DNA of 60,787 nucleotides from Candidatus Poseidoniales archaeon (GTDB lineage Archaea > Thermoplasmatota > Poseidoniia > Poseidoniales > Poseidoniaceae). Positions 1 to 10,199 of the stretch are shown here, piece by piece; position 1 is the stretch's first letter; each line of letters opens with the position of its first letter. The position numbers were made by a program, and so were the translations under genes. The notes under the pieces are model-generated. The model did not search any database. It was not told where the DNA came from and saw only the letters and a program-made list of their open reading frames with translations. The DNA is taken from assembly GCA_012959275.1 (NCBI GenBank), contig DUDM01000058.1, positions 367 to 61,153 on the forward strand, in the 5' to 3' direction.

Positions 1-255
1 GTCGTATAATCGAAATATGCCGGTAGGATTTTCAGCCGTATTTTCAATACCGCTGCGATTTGCTGTCTCAACGACAAAATCAGTCGCCAATTCAGCCTCA
101 TCAGAGGTGCCGAATCCTTTGGCGGCAGAATCAAACAAAGTCAAGGCTGCCGTGGCAATGATGCCAAATAGCACTATGCTAATGCCAAATGCTTGCCAAG
201 TCTGCTTTTGTTTGAAGACACCGAAGTCAAGGCCAAGGCGTTCCTGTAGACCCAT
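1..255 (-). CDS. Membrane-anchored protein, 5' part only (runs off window start); possibly redoxin-like
   Basis: Not in the ORF track. Translates by hand from ATG 255 as MGLQERLGLDFGVFKQKQTWQAFGISIVLFGIIATAALTLF..., open to base 1. One TM helix; TTGAAA box 31 nt upstream. Confidence 0.7.
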   Translation of the reverse strand, partial: MGLQERLGLDFGVFKQKQTWQAFGISIVLFGIIATAALTLFDSAAKGFGTSDEAELATDFVVETANRSGIENTAENPTGIFRLYD

Positions 256-323
256 GTAAGGAGGGCGATGCAGAGTTGGTTTTCAATCTCTTTGCTAATT
301 ACTGCTCAATGTAAGAATTTAAT

Positions 324-3086
324 TTAATCTTTTCTTCTGAAAAAAGCCATAGCACTAAGAGCGCAAATTGCTGTCAAGAATGAGAACCCAGGAACAAAAC
401 TCCCAGAACCAGCATTCGATGGGTCTGGAGTTGCACCCAATTCAACCGCAAAACTAGCTTGGAAGTTATCCTTTCCATCATCCCAAACTAACTGTATGGG
501 GATAGTATCAGTCATATCCTCTGAGACCTTGACCAATGCTCCAACCTTAACTGAAGTAGCACTCTCGCTATGGACTCCCAATGGAGTCGTTATCGTGACA
601 TTGACTGAATCTCCATCTGGGTCTGAACAAACCGCTACGATGTAATACTCACCAACTGGTATTGGAACTATTCCTGCAGTTCCACTAACCGATGAAATTG
701 CCGCTTCACCAGCAATTATCATTCCTTTAGACTTGATAGAGAAATAGATATCACAAGTAGGTGCTTGGTTAACTGGGCAGCCATCTGTTTGAGTACCAGC
801 CTTATTTGGACAGGCATCTGCTGAATCAACGACTCCATCTGAATCTGAATCTCTCTGATTATCTGAACATCCGTCGGTATCAATTACTTCTCCAGAAACA
901 GTTGCAGGGCATGAGTCGAGATTATTGCTAATTCCATCATTGTCAGTGTCAAGTTGAGATGATGCGCATCCATCTGCATCAACACTCTCGCCAGCAGGGG
1001 TTCCGGTACACAGGTCAAGTGAGTCGAGCACCCCATCGCCATCAGGGTCGAGTTGTTGAGCCGAACAACCATCTGCATCGACGCTATCATCAACATCGGT
1101 TCCAGAACAAAGGTCCACATTATTCATCACACCATCTTCATCATCATCCAATTGGTCCTCTGCACAACCATCAGTATCCACGATTGCACCTTGAACAGTA
1201 TTGGGACACATATCATCGATATCCGTTATTCCATCACCATCACTATCCAACACTGAGGAAGGACAGCCATCTGAGTCAACCGTCGCTCCCGTAGGAGTCT
1301 CTGGACACTGATCATCTGCATCGTTAACTCCATCATCATCTGAATCAAGTTGAGAAGGTGAACATCCATTGGAGTCTGCAACTTCATTTCCAGGTGTATT
1401 TGCACACAAGTCGTCTTGATTGTCCACACCATCATTATCTGAATCAAGCAGTTGCTGCTGCGAACAGCCATCAGAATCGACAGTTGCTCCAGTGACAGTT
1501 CCGGGACAAAGGTCAACATCGTTGCTCACACCATCACTATCATCATCCAATTGTGAACCTGAGCAACCATCTGCATCCACTGTTTCTCCCGCAAGTGTGC
1601 CAGGACACAGGTCCTCAAGATTTGAGATACCGTCGCCATCATCATCGAGTTGATTGTCTGAGCAACCAACTGCATCAACTGTTGAGCCTTGAACAGTATC
1701 TGGACACAAGTCAACATCATTCATCACTCCGTCCGAATCATCATCCTTCTGAGACTCGGCACAACCGTTCACATCAACGGTCTCGCCAGCAGCTGTGTTA
1801 GCGCACCAATCATCTAGGTCCGGCACCCCATCTCCATCAATATCAGGGAGTTCTATCGTGAAACACGATTGATTAGTAGCCTGAACATAATCGGTTCCGA
1901 CATAGAGTGTGGCATCAACGCAATATGTGCCTTCATCGAGATTTGTGAAGGGTAATTCCCTGCTGTAACTGTTCGATATCGCCATCCAACCGAAATCATC
2001 CGAATCTATCTCTTGTCCATTTGGATCAGTCAAGTTCCATGCTACAGTATACCATTCATCCACATCTTGTTCAGCAAAGGATAAGTTGGCCCATGCAAGG
2101 CCATCTCCAGGTGAACCAATCTCGGTGGTCATGTTCATGGTGGAGTTGTCATCGATTCCCAGTATCATTACCCTGAACGATTGGTTCTCCGAGTCGGTCT
2201 GCACCCCAGCATGGCTGAGATTGGCCCAGAGCGTGAAGTTGCCAGCACCAGTGGGTCCCCAATCCCAAGTTCCGCTGCTTCCATTGGTTCCGTTGGACCC
2301 GTTGGCTTGGGTGAAGATGTTGACCCAGCTGTTGGTTCTGCAATTGTTGGCGGTCCAGTTGTCGTGACTGCTGCTGTTGACTTGTGCGCCGGTGTCATCG
2401 TTGACCAATTCCCATGTTGTAGTGTGCATTGCAGAATAATACCGGAATCCACAGGATTCAATCTCAAACGTTTTAGTATCACCAAGAACGACATCTCCAC
2501 TGTGTTGGCTGTAGTCGTTGATGTAGACAGACCCATAATGACCATAGGTGAAGGAATCGCTGGCATCATCTAGGTCATAACCTGAGGTGCGCAGTTCTGC
2601 GACGATGTAGAATCCATACCGACTACTGTAGTAGGAGGTGTTGTAGGATGGTTCGAACTGTACACTTGTCGAGTGGCTTGAGACACCAGAAGGAACGGTG
2701 ATGTTTCCTCCGATGTACGTGTAGTCATAGGACTGATTGACCTGATTCCAAGTCTCCTCACGGAGTTGTCTATAGTTGCAGTCGCTGAAATACATCACAC
2801 CTGAGTTACTTCTGTAACAGACCTTCCACTCGATGTCATAAGAGACTGTAGAACTCAGGCCGCTCAAGGTTATCGAAGCATTGGCAGATGTATTCCACTC
2901 ATATGAATCAGAACCGATTGTGACATTGATAGTTTCATTTCCAGTTCGCCCACTGGTTGAAAGTGATTCTTCGGCATCGGGCAACGCCTGAGGCATTGAG
3001 GCGGCGATACTCGAAAACAGCATCAAGATAATGAGAACTAATGCGGTCGGCTGGCTGGAATCTTTCTGTTGAAAAAGATAACTCAT
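324..3086 (-). CDS. Cell-surface protein with thrombospondin type-3-like Ca-binding repeats and a PGF-CTERM sorting tail
   Basis: Signal peptide; about 11 repeats of DxDxDGVxxxxDxCxxTxxGxxVDxxGC; C-terminus VPGF + hydrophobic helix + RRK. Confidence 0.85.
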   Translation of the reverse strand: MSYLFQQKDSSQPTALVLIILMLFSSIAASMPQALPDAEESLSTSGRTGNETINVTIGSDSYEWNTSANASITLSGLSSTVSYDIEWKVCYRSNSGVMYFSDCNYRQLREETWNQVNQSYDYTYIGGNITVPSGVSSHSTSVQFEPSYNTSYYSSRYGFYIVAELRTSGYDLDDASDSFTYGHYGSVYINDYSQHSGDVVLGDTKTFEIESCGFRYYSAMHTTTWELVNDDTGAQVNSSSHDNWTANNCRTNSWVNIFTQANGSNGTNGSSGTWDWGPTGAGNFTLWANLSHAGVQTDSENQSFRVMILGIDDNSTMNMTTEIGSPGDGLAWANLSFAEQDVDEWYTVAWNLTDPNGQEIDSDDFGWMAISNSYSRELPFTNLDEGTYCVDATLYVGTDYVQATNQSCFTIELPDIDGDGVPDLDDWCANTAAGETVDVNGCAESQKDDDSDGVMNDVDLCPDTVQGSTVDAVGCSDNQLDDDGDGISNLEDLCPGTLAGETVDADGCSGSQLDDDSDGVSNDVDLCPGTVTGATVDSDGCSQQQLLDSDNDGVDNQDDLCANTPGNEVADSNGCSPSQLDSDDDGVNDADDQCPETPTGATVDSDGCPSSVLDSDGDGITDIDDMCPNTVQGAIVDTDGCAEDQLDDDEDGVMNNVDLCSGTDVDDSVDADGCSAQQLDPDGDGVLDSLDLCTGTPAGESVDADGCASSQLDTDNDGISNNLDSCPATVSGEVIDTDGCSDNQRDSDSDGVVDSADACPNKAGTQTDGCPVNQAPTCDIYFSIKSKGMIIAGEAAISSVSGTAGIVPIPVGEYYIVAVCSDPDGDSVNVTITTPLGVHSESATSVKVGALVKVSEDMTDTIPIQLVWDDGKDNFQASFAVELGATPDPSNAGSGSFVPGFSFLTAICALSAMAFFRRKD

Positions 3087-3160
3087 AATATTGGTTCATA
3101 CTGTGAGTATTTGAGTATTTCTCAGGACTTATAAAATACAGTTACCAAGGAACACCACTC

Positions 3161-3787
3161 ATGCCCGGCATCCACCCCGACCCAACTACTACCTTCCACC
3201 AAATTCAGGTGCAACCAGAAAAAAGTAGTACAGGAAAAATCCTCTTGTTGATTGGAGTAGCAGTATTCGTGCTCGGAATTGTGCTTGGAATCTCAGGCTT
3301 CACCTCGGTTGAAGACGACCCCGAAGTTTGGGTATCTGAAGTTCAATCTGACATCGACGATGCCATCATCTGGCAAGGCACTGGTGAAATTAATGAAAGC
3401 ATTTCTCTTGACCCAGAAAAGAGCTATGGTGTGGCCATAAGTCAAGATTCTGAAATTTTTAATATCTCAATTTCCGAGGCAAATTTAAGCGTTTTTAGAG
3501 CCGAGGAATGTGAAGATTCCAACCCAGATGATACTGTTGAAGATTGTAAGGATTATGCACACTATAGTATAGGTCAAATTGAAAATGCAAGTAATGTAAA
3601 GTTGTTTTTCAATTCTACCGGAGAAGTTGTCATCGTCGATAACCTTGTTTTCTTCAAGGGTCTTGAGTCCACCGTCTGGGAACTTGCTGGTAGCGGTTTA
3701 TTGCTTGCCTTTGTTGGTGGCGGATGTAGCCTATGCCTCGGGGTGACTTTGTTGGCAGTCGGTGCTTTCATCAATTTCAAAGATTAA
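3161..3787 (+). CDS. Hypothetical membrane protein (N- and C-terminal TM helices, acidic external domain)
   Basis: 208-aa ORF; canonical TTTATAAA box about 33 nt upstream. Confidence 0.7.
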   Translation: MPGIHPDPTTTFHQIQVQPEKSSTGKILLLIGVAVFVLGIVLGISGFTSVEDDPEVWVSEVQSDIDDAIIWQGTGEINESISLDPEKSYGVAISQDSEIFNISISEANLSVFRAEECEDSNPDDTVEDCKDYAHYSIGQIENASNVKLFFNSTGEVVIVDNLVFFKGLESTVWELAGSGLLLAFVGGGCSLCLGVTLLAVGAFINFKD

Positions 3788-3793
3788 TACTCA

Positions 3794-4939
3794 ATGCTCA
3801 AACAACTTGAAAGGTGCTGCAATCAACAGGAATTTGTGGCCCCACCTAAATTGGCGATTGAGTTGCCCGATTCTTGGAAAGTCCAGCACGGTCAAATAAT
3901 CCCTGAAGAAGATTTTCCTGATGAGGAATTAGACTCTTGGCCAAAGCGCTACTTGATCCGGTTATTGGCAATGCTTTTGGTTGCAGGTGGGTTGTATTAC
4001 TCTCAAGAAGGATTAGTTGTTTTAATTGTATTATTCATCGCTGTTGTGCCTTTTGAAAAATTATTCCCTCGCCATAAGGGCCAGAGGATTCGCCGACCTG
4101 AATTAGGAACAGACATCGGATATGCTATTGCCACCCCTTTGATGGGAGTTGCTACTGCTGCTGTTGTTATTGTCATTGGAGTGCTGAGTTTTGCTTGGGT
4201 TCCAGGTTTGCTGATACGGCCATTAGTTGCAAAAATTCCAGTTGAAATAGCCCCTTATGTTGGATTTTTGTTGTTTGATTTTGCGGTTTATTGGACTCAT
4301 CGATTTTATCACGAAATAGATTTCTTGTGGAAGTTTCATGCAATCCACCACTCTACCGAGACATTGGACTGGGTAAGTGGATTCCGAGGCCATCCATTCG
4401 ATGGAACCTTATTGGCGCCAGCATTTTTCTTTTTGATAGCAGCCGGATTTACTGCTGAATTGACCGGAATCTTTGTTGTTCTCCAAATTTTACTCGGTTT
4501 GTTTTTACATGCAAATGTCAGATGGAAATTAAAGCCTCTTCATCGGCTTTTCATTACACCAGAATTTCATCATTGGCACCACACCAATGAAGCGGATGCG
4601 ATTTGGACAAATTACTCTACCTTCTTGCCTATTTGGGATATGATATTTGGAACATATTTCATGCCAAAAAATAGACGACCCGCTGTATATGGGTGTGGGG
4701 AGGATATTCCAAAGGGAATTATCAAACAGTTGAAATGGCCGATACCGAAATTGATTAATCCACTTTGGGTCATTAGACATCCTTTGAAATCAATTGCCAA
4801 AATTTGGAGATTTACGAAAAGATTGTTGAAGGCAATGAAAGGTTCGGCATTTAGACCGAGAGGTAGTAAACCTGGTTTTCGTAAAGGAGTTACGCCTCAT
4901 CCTGAATTATTTCATGATAATGAAATTGAATCACTTTGA
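3794..4939 (+). CDS. Sterol desaturase / fatty acid hydroxylase superfamily di-iron membrane enzyme
   Basis: His boxes HRFYH, HAIHH, LHAN, HHWHH; NYS...WDxIFGT motif. Confidence 0.9.
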   Translation: MLKQLERCCNQQEFVAPPKLAIELPDSWKVQHGQIIPEEDFPDEELDSWPKRYLIRLLAMLLVAGGLYYSQEGLVVLIVLFIAVVPFEKLFPRHKGQRIRRPELGTDIGYAIATPLMGVATAAVVIVIGVLSFAWVPGLLIRPLVAKIPVEIAPYVGFLLFDFAVYWTHRFYHEIDFLWKFHAIHHSTETLDWVSGFRGHPFDGTLLAPAFFFLIAAGFTAELTGIFVVLQILLGLFLHANVRWKLKPLHRLFITPEFHHWHHTNEADAIWTNYSTFLPIWDMIFGTYFMPKNRRPAVYGCGEDIPKGIIKQLKWPIPKLINPLWVIRHPLKSIAKIWRFTKRLLKAMKGSAFRPRGSKPGFRKGVTPHPELFHDNEIESL

Positions 4940-4978
4940 ATGGTGGGATTCAAGAATGAGACCCTGCACGGCGGCTCG

Positions 4979-5518
4979 ATGACTGAAGACAAAAGCGCGG
5001 AAGCCGAGGATAGCGTTGAAGAAGATGAGGTCATCGAAGAGGTCGTAGAACCAACACCCGCAGAATTAATTGCCACTGCAGAAGCAAAAGCCGAGGCCGC
5101 TGAAAAGGAAATTGGCTATCGTGATGCTGAAATTCAGAATGTTCAACGCCGTCTTGCAAAAGAGAAATCAGAATTGATTCAGTATGCAAGCATGAACCTC
5201 TCCCGTCGAATGCTCACAGTTATCGATGATGTTGATAGAGCATTGGAGAATATTCCTACTGAAGTTTCAGATGAAATCAAACCAGTCCTTGATGGTTTGA
5301 AGTTACTTCGCGACAAGACTTGGATGGAATTGAAGGCATCTGGAGTCGCGGCGATGGAATCCAAAGGAAAGGCATTCAATCCTAAAAATCATGAGGCATT
5401 GACAACAATTCCTGCAACAGACGAGTATCCTGCTGGTACAATAATCGATGTCATAGAGCCAGGCTATATGTTCAAAGAACGCTTGTTGAGAGCGGCGAAG
5501 GTTGTAGTTTCTTCTTAA
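4979..5518 (+). CDS. grpE: Nucleotide exchange factor GrpE
   Basis: AEIQNVQRR, FNPKNHEAL and GYMFKERLLRAAKVVV motifs; ATG 4979 chosen as start. Confidence 0.95.
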   Translation: MTEDKSAEAEDSVEEDEVIEEVVEPTPAELIATAEAKAEAAEKEIGYRDAEIQNVQRRLAKEKSELIQYASMNLSRRMLTVIDDVDRALENIPTEVSDEIKPVLDGLKLLRDKTWMELKASGVAAMESKGKAFNPKNHEALTTIPATDEYPAGTIIDVIEPGYMFKERLLRAAKVVVSS

Positions 5519-6123
5519 CCAACGTGCTCTACTTTCGGCCCAAGGAAGGCAAGCCGCCTTATTCTGAAATCATCTTCCAATAACCAATCGATTATTATTG
5601 GCTCGAGGGTAATTGACATAACTTCCTTCAAGGCATCTGGATTGTTAAGAGTGCTTAGCATCAATAGATTTTGACGCACTCTCCAACCTTCAAAGGTATC
5701 TCTTTCAGTTAATGAAACTGTATGAACCTGCCATCCGGATTCTTCGTAAAGTGTAGTTGTTGAATCATTACTACTGACTAGGATTCCCGACTTGCCATGC
5801 CAATTCTCTGCATGACTAACCCAATTTTGTGGGTCTCCTAAATCTGGAACTGCTAATACTTCGGAATGGTTAACTTGCTCGGATTTTAGCCAAATCTGCA
5901 GTAATTCAACTCTTTCTTCCCATGTCCATGGGTTTTCGGGAGATTGCTCAATATTTGAAGAGCCAACCATGATTCTGAAGGTTGTTGAGGGGTGATGTTC
6001 ATCTCTAAATTCAATGGCTTTTCTAAGTAAAAAAGTATGCCCTTTGTGCAGGGGTTGGAACCTGCCGAGGACTAGGATTGCCGGCTCAGGGATTACTTCA
6101 GGGGCAGGTGGAATCATCTCCAT
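5515..6123 (-). CDS. Nicotinamide-nucleotide adenylyltransferase (NadM-type cytidylyltransferase family)
   Basis: GRFQPLHKGH (HxGH) and GSSN...ENPWTWEER motifs; RBS GAGGTGA before ATG 6123. Confidence 0.85.
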   Translation of the reverse strand: MEMIPPAPEVIPEPAILVLGRFQPLHKGHTFLLRKAIEFRDEHHPSTTFRIMVGSSNIEQSPENPWTWEERVELLQIWLKSEQVNHSEVLAVPDLGDPQNWVSHAENWHGKSGILVSSNDSTTTLYEESGWQVHTVSLTERDTFEGWRVRQNLLMLSTLNNPDALKEVMSITLEPIIIDWLLEDDFRIRRLAFLGPKVEHVG

Positions 6124-6127
6124 TCTT

Positions 6128-7321
6128 TCACCTCTCGAAATGACTCTCAACTTCGCTAATTGGTAGGTCCAATCCCATCTCATTGAAGCAGGTTATCATT
6201 CTCTTACAGCCTTCGATCATTTCCTCAATCGGAGTCTCTCCCATCGAGCCGATTCTGAACATTTTTCCTTTCAAGTGGTCTTGAGCCCCAATCACAAAGG
6301 TCTTGTATTCAGATTGAAGTTTTGAGCGCCATGAATCATCAATTCCTTTGGGATAAAGAATCGCCGTTACTGTATTTGAGCGCTGCTTTTCATCTGCTAA
6401 TAGTTCGAAACCGAGGCTGTTGAATAATGAACGGACTCCTGTGGCCATAGTTTCACACCTTTGCCAACGCTTTTGCAATCCTTCTTCAGCCAAAGTTCGC
6501 AGTGCTGCACACCAACCTAATGTTAGGTTAATCGCTGGAGTCCAAGGAGTTTGGTCGTCTCCCCCTTTTTTGAGGGCTGCATGAATATCGAGATAATAAG
6601 AGGGGTTTGCGGAACCATCTTGTTTCCTCTTTTGTGCCTCTTCAATCCATTTTTCGCTAACTGCGATTGCTGCTACTCCGCTTGGACCTGCACTGCATTT
6701 TTGCGCTCCCATGACAATCGCCTCTACATTCCACTCTTCGGGGTGTACTGGTATTCCACCAACGCTGGTTATGGCATCCAAAAGTAAGCCTACGTCATAT
6801 TTTGTACAGAGTTCTGACAATGCTGCGACATCTTGAGTGATTCCACTGCTCGTTTCATTATGGCAAAAAGCCAAGGCTTCGTATTCACCACTTTGTAGAT
6901 GGCTTTCTATTTCATCAAGGTCGAATGCCTTTCCCCAATCGTATTTGAGATGAACGCAATTTGCAAATACATCAGTGATTTGTGCTACTCGTTCTCCAAA
7001 TTTTCCATTGCTTGGAACGAGTACTTTGTCAGTTTTTCGAAACCGGTTGGCTATCGACATTTCAGTTGCAGCTGTACCGCTCCCAGAGACAACGATGACA
7101 CTGTATCCATCTTCTCCAGTCCAAGATTGTCGCCCTCTTTCTTGGGAAGATAGGCTGAGGTTGAAGGCTAATCTTAGGAGATAGTTTAGTTCTGCCATCA
7201 CTGATTTGTATTCAGGTCCTCGTGCCGTCATTACAGGGGCGGACATCGCAGTAAGAACTCGGGAATTCATCCTTACAGGTCCGGGAACCAAGAAGCAGGA
7301 CTCGCCATCCCATTCATCCAT
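6128..7321 (-). CDS. Class V PLP aminotransferase (alanine-glyoxylate / serine-pyruvate type)
   Basis: VPGPV, SGSGT, HNETSSG, DAITS, GAQKC and FRIGSMG motifs. Confidence 0.9.
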   Translation of the reverse strand: MDEWDGESCFLVPGPVRMNSRVLTAMSAPVMTARGPEYKSVMAELNYLLRLAFNLSLSSQERGRQSWTGEDGYSVIVVSGSGTAATEMSIANRFRKTDKVLVPSNGKFGERVAQITDVFANCVHLKYDWGKAFDLDEIESHLQSGEYEALAFCHNETSSGITQDVAALSELCTKYDVGLLLDAITSVGGIPVHPEEWNVEAIVMGAQKCSAGPSGVAAIAVSEKWIEEAQKRKQDGSANPSYYLDIHAALKKGGDDQTPWTPAINLTLGWCAALRTLAEEGLQKRWQRCETMATGVRSLFNSLGFELLADEKQRSNTVTAILYPKGIDDSWRSKLQSEYKTFVIGAQDHLKGKMFRIGSMGETPIEEMIEGCKRMITCFNEMGLDLPISEVESHFER

Positions 7322-7385
7322 GCTACCTTCCCGAGGCATTCAGTCCTTCAATGCACCCATTGATATTTCACATAGCATTGAATGG

Positions 7386-7976
7386 ATGAACACCTTCGGA
7401 GAGGCTGTGTTGAGAATCGGCATTGCCATGCTACAAGGTGCACGGAGTGAGCATGCACAGGCTCTTTTGCAAGTTGATTCTGAAATTGAAATTGTTGAGT
7501 TACGCAGGCCAAGTGACCTTTTGCTGGGAATAGATGCCTTGATTCTACCAGGTGGTGAATCTACCAGCATGAGGTTGGCATCAGCATCCAAAGGATTACT
7601 TAAATCATTATTTGATTGGATGATTGAAAATAAAGATAAGCCAGTTTTAGGAACATGTGCAGGTGCTATTTTACTCTGTCAACCTGAATTTGAATTGACG
7701 CCATTCGTTGATGCCATGATTAGTAGAAATTCATTCGGTCGCCAGTCAGATTCATTTCAGGCTAAATTGAAAGTGCGAATTATTGAAGAAAGTGAATTCT
7801 CTGGAGTTTTCATTCGAGCACCCAGATTCATTGAGAATGGTTGCCAAGCGGTTGCATGGTTAGGTGATGAGGTTGTGGGCATTCTTGATGGAAATAGGAT
7901 GGCCTTGACATTCCACCCCGAGTTAACCGATGATTTGTTGTTTCATCGCTGGCTAATAACTCAGGCTTCTGCTTGA
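7386..7976 (+). CDS. pdxT: Pyridoxal 5'-phosphate synthase glutaminase subunit
   Basis: LQGA, PGGEST, GTCAG, RNSFGRQ, FIRAP and FHPEL motifs; start is 7386, 7407 or 7410. Confidence 0.95.
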   Translation: MNTFGEAVLRIGIAMLQGARSEHAQALLQVDSEIEIVELRRPSDLLLGIDALILPGGESTSMRLASASKGLLKSLFDWMIENKDKPVLGTCAGAILLCQPEFELTPFVDAMISRNSFGRQSDSFQAKLKVRIIEESEFSGVFIRAPRFIENGCQAVAWLGDEVVGILDGNRMALTFHPELTDDLLFHRWLITQASA

Positions 7977-8012
7977 CAGCATCTTGAAAACGTCAATCAC
8001 CGCCGATGGGTT

Positions 8013-9143
8013 GTGCAAGACCTTTCTCCATCTGGAATTCAAGCAGCAGATGCTAATGAAGCGGTCGGTTGTATTCAATGCCAAACAGGAAGCAAGTTGG
8101 TGTTGTTCGTAACTGGGCATTGCCATTGGATGTGTGATTACTGTCCATTGTCTGAAAACAGAAGGGAGGTGGATGTGATGTTTGCCAATGAACGCCCTTG
8201 TACTGATTTTGCTCAAGTCATCGAGGAAGCCAAAGCGATGGATGCGACTGGAACTGGAATTACCGGCGGCGACCCATTGATGGCAAGAGAGCATACAATT
8301 GAAGCAATAAAGGCATTAAAGGCTGAATTCGGACCTCAACACCACATTCACATGTATACCAGTATTCCATTTGCTGTCGAACATGCAGCCTCATTTGCTG
8401 AAGCAGGTTTGGATGAAATTAGATTTCATTTATTGAAGTTGGAATTGGAAAAATACTTACCGACGATGCAAGCCTGTAAAAATGCAGGATTGGTGGTCGG
8501 AGTTGAAATTCCTGCAGAACCGGATGAAGAGCATAGACTATTTGAGTTACTTGAGGAATTAAGAAAAGCACCGATTGAATTCCTCAATCTAAATGAATTA
8601 GAAATAACTACTGGAAATCATTCTGAAATGGAATTGCGCGGATTCAATCTTTCAAATGAAATGACTGCAGGTGCGGAAGGTTCGGCAGAATTATCCTTGG
8701 CATTACGAGATCGAGTAATGTGTGCAGAATTGGGCATCCCAGATGTTCATGATGAATTATTGAGAGAAGCATATGGATTTCATTTGAAGTTTTGCACATC
8801 CTCATACAAAGATGCGGGGCAATTACGTGCCAGATTCAAGAGGCGAGCCGGCCACACTCTACGACCCTATGAGGAATTGACTGATGATGATACTATCATC
8901 TTTGGAGCATTGTTTTCTTCAACATCTTTGATCGAAAGTGACATCGAAGAAATACTTGAAGAAACTGGAATTTCTGCTGATTGGATATTTAGAGATGATG
9001 AAAATCTGCGAATTGAAATGCCAGTTGAATTAGCAGAAGAATTTGCCGAAGAGGTGAATGCACCTGTTGCGATTATCGAAGTCCACCCAACCCATGAAAG
9101 GCTAGAAGTTTCATTGACTTGGCTTAATTCTCAACGTCCTTGA
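8013..9143 (+). CDS. Radical SAM protein (archaeal uncharacterised family)
   Basis: CHWMCDYCP (CxxxCxxC), TGGDPL, GLDEIRFH, FLNLNELE. Confidence 0.85.
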   Translation: MQDLSPSGIQAADANEAVGCIQCQTGSKLVLFVTGHCHWMCDYCPLSENRREVDVMFANERPCTDFAQVIEEAKAMDATGTGITGGDPLMAREHTIEAIKALKAEFGPQHHIHMYTSIPFAVEHAASFAEAGLDEIRFHLLKLELEKYLPTMQACKNAGLVVGVEIPAEPDEEHRLFELLEELRKAPIEFLNLNELEITTGNHSEMELRGFNLSNEMTAGAEGSAELSLALRDRVMCAELGIPDVHDELLREAYGFHLKFCTSSYKDAGQLRARFKRRAGHTLRPYEELTDDDTIIFGALFSSTSLIESDIEEILEETGISADWIFRDDENLRIEMPVELAEEFAEEVNAPVAIIEVHPTHERLEVSLTWLNSQRP

Positions 9144-9750
9144 GTTTTTTTCCATCCAACATCCATTTGCTTGCAGGCATATGTTCTCTACCCAAGAGCA
9201 AACCGATGCCCTCTTTTTTTGACATTTGCAATACATGAAATAGGCCTTCAGCATTGCGCTGATGCGCTTCCATAGTAGGTAGAATATGTGGGTCTGATTT
9301 TTCATCAAGACTCTCTCCTAATTTCTCTCGTCTTTGCATCCAGTCCATGACCACTGCATTGGAATATTCTTTTTTGGTAAATGTTGAGATATTCTCAATC
9401 AATTCAAGCCATATTTCAGGCTCATATAATTCATCGACATGCTCAACTTCTCTTCCAAGCAGTGTTTCGATATAGATGAAAGTTCTACCTTCCCATGCTT
9501 CCCATTCTCCAATTGCAGACCATCTTGCGAGTAGCAACATTCCTTCGGGTGACTCTAATTCACCAGATTCCAAAAAATCTAGAATTTCAGCCCCAGCATC
9601 AATATCAAATTGACGTTCCATTTCAGGGTCAGCGATTGGTCTTGCCAAGGTGGAGGACTCTAACTTTCCAATTAGGTCGATGGTAGCCAGAGACAATAAT
9701 TCTTGGAGAGCATTGTAGTCAATCAGAAGCACCACCATGTCAATGCCCAT
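9124..9750 (-). CDS. Hypothetical acidic protein
   Basis: Long ORF with host-like codon use; ATG 9750 preferred over GTG 9780. Confidence 0.7.
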   Translation of the reverse strand: MGIDMVVLLIDYNALQELLSLATIDLIGKLESSTLARPIADPEMERQFDIDAGAEILDFLESGELESPEGMLLLARWSAIGEWEAWEGRTFIYIETLLGREVEHVDELYEPEIWLELIENISTFTKKEYSNAVVMDWMQRREKLGESLDEKSDPHILPTMEAHQRNAEGLFHVLQMSKKEGIGLLLGREHMPASKWMLDGKKLKDVEN

Positions 9751-9780
9751 CGCTTTGCCCAAGTGCACTGATGCTTTCAC

Positions 9781-10131
9781 CTAATCGGAAGGGCTGTTCA
9801 TTTCTCCTCTAGAGGCATGATGTTCAAGACAGCGTTCTAAATAAGCAGGTATCTCACCGAGGAGAGAGTCGTTTTCATCCCTAAACCCCAAACATGATTT
9901 TCCAATTCGTGCTCCCTCCAATGGTCCTGCCAATGTTGAGTCCTCATACAATGCTATCATATACAGGCCAACATGTTTCTTCTGAACCGCTACAGCCGAA
10001 AAGGGTCGTCCACTTGGTGTTTGAAGTCTATGATAGCCATCTTCGTCTTTTACTTTTAGCATTATTTTCTCATAAGGTTTGCACATATCGACAATGTGCT
10101 GCCATAGATAAGCCAAGGCTGGATTCTTCAT
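9781..10131 (-). CDS. Small hypothetical protein, DUF1801/YdhG-like
   Basis: AVAVQKKHVGLY...IGKSCLGF resembles the DUF1801 core. Confidence 0.6.
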   Translation of the reverse strand: MKNPALAYLWQHIVDMCKPYEKIMLKVKDEDGYHRLQTPSGRPFSAVAVQKKHVGLYMIALYEDSTLAGPLEGARIGKSCLGFRDENDSLLGEIPAYLERCLEHHASRGEMNSPSD

Positions 10132-10199
10132 GTTGATGGCAGACAGGTGTAAGCCTTGAAGTGCATGGCTCAGCCCGACGCCATCAAGGGGGAGTGTCT

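Noticed and set aside
17-259. 80-aa plus-strand ORF
   Set aside because: Antisense to a more plausible minus-strand gene (ATG 255) that has a TM helix and an upstream box.
884-2761. Many short His/Gln-rich ORFs over the TSP3 gene, and other short overlapping ORFs across the window
   Set aside because: Shadow frames of well-supported genes; the His-rich look comes from antisense GAT/GAC repeats.
4979-7976. grpE without dnaK/dnaJ and pdxT without pdxS as signs of novel function
   Set aside because: Both have canonical motifs; partners are probably elsewhere in the genome, which this window cannot show.
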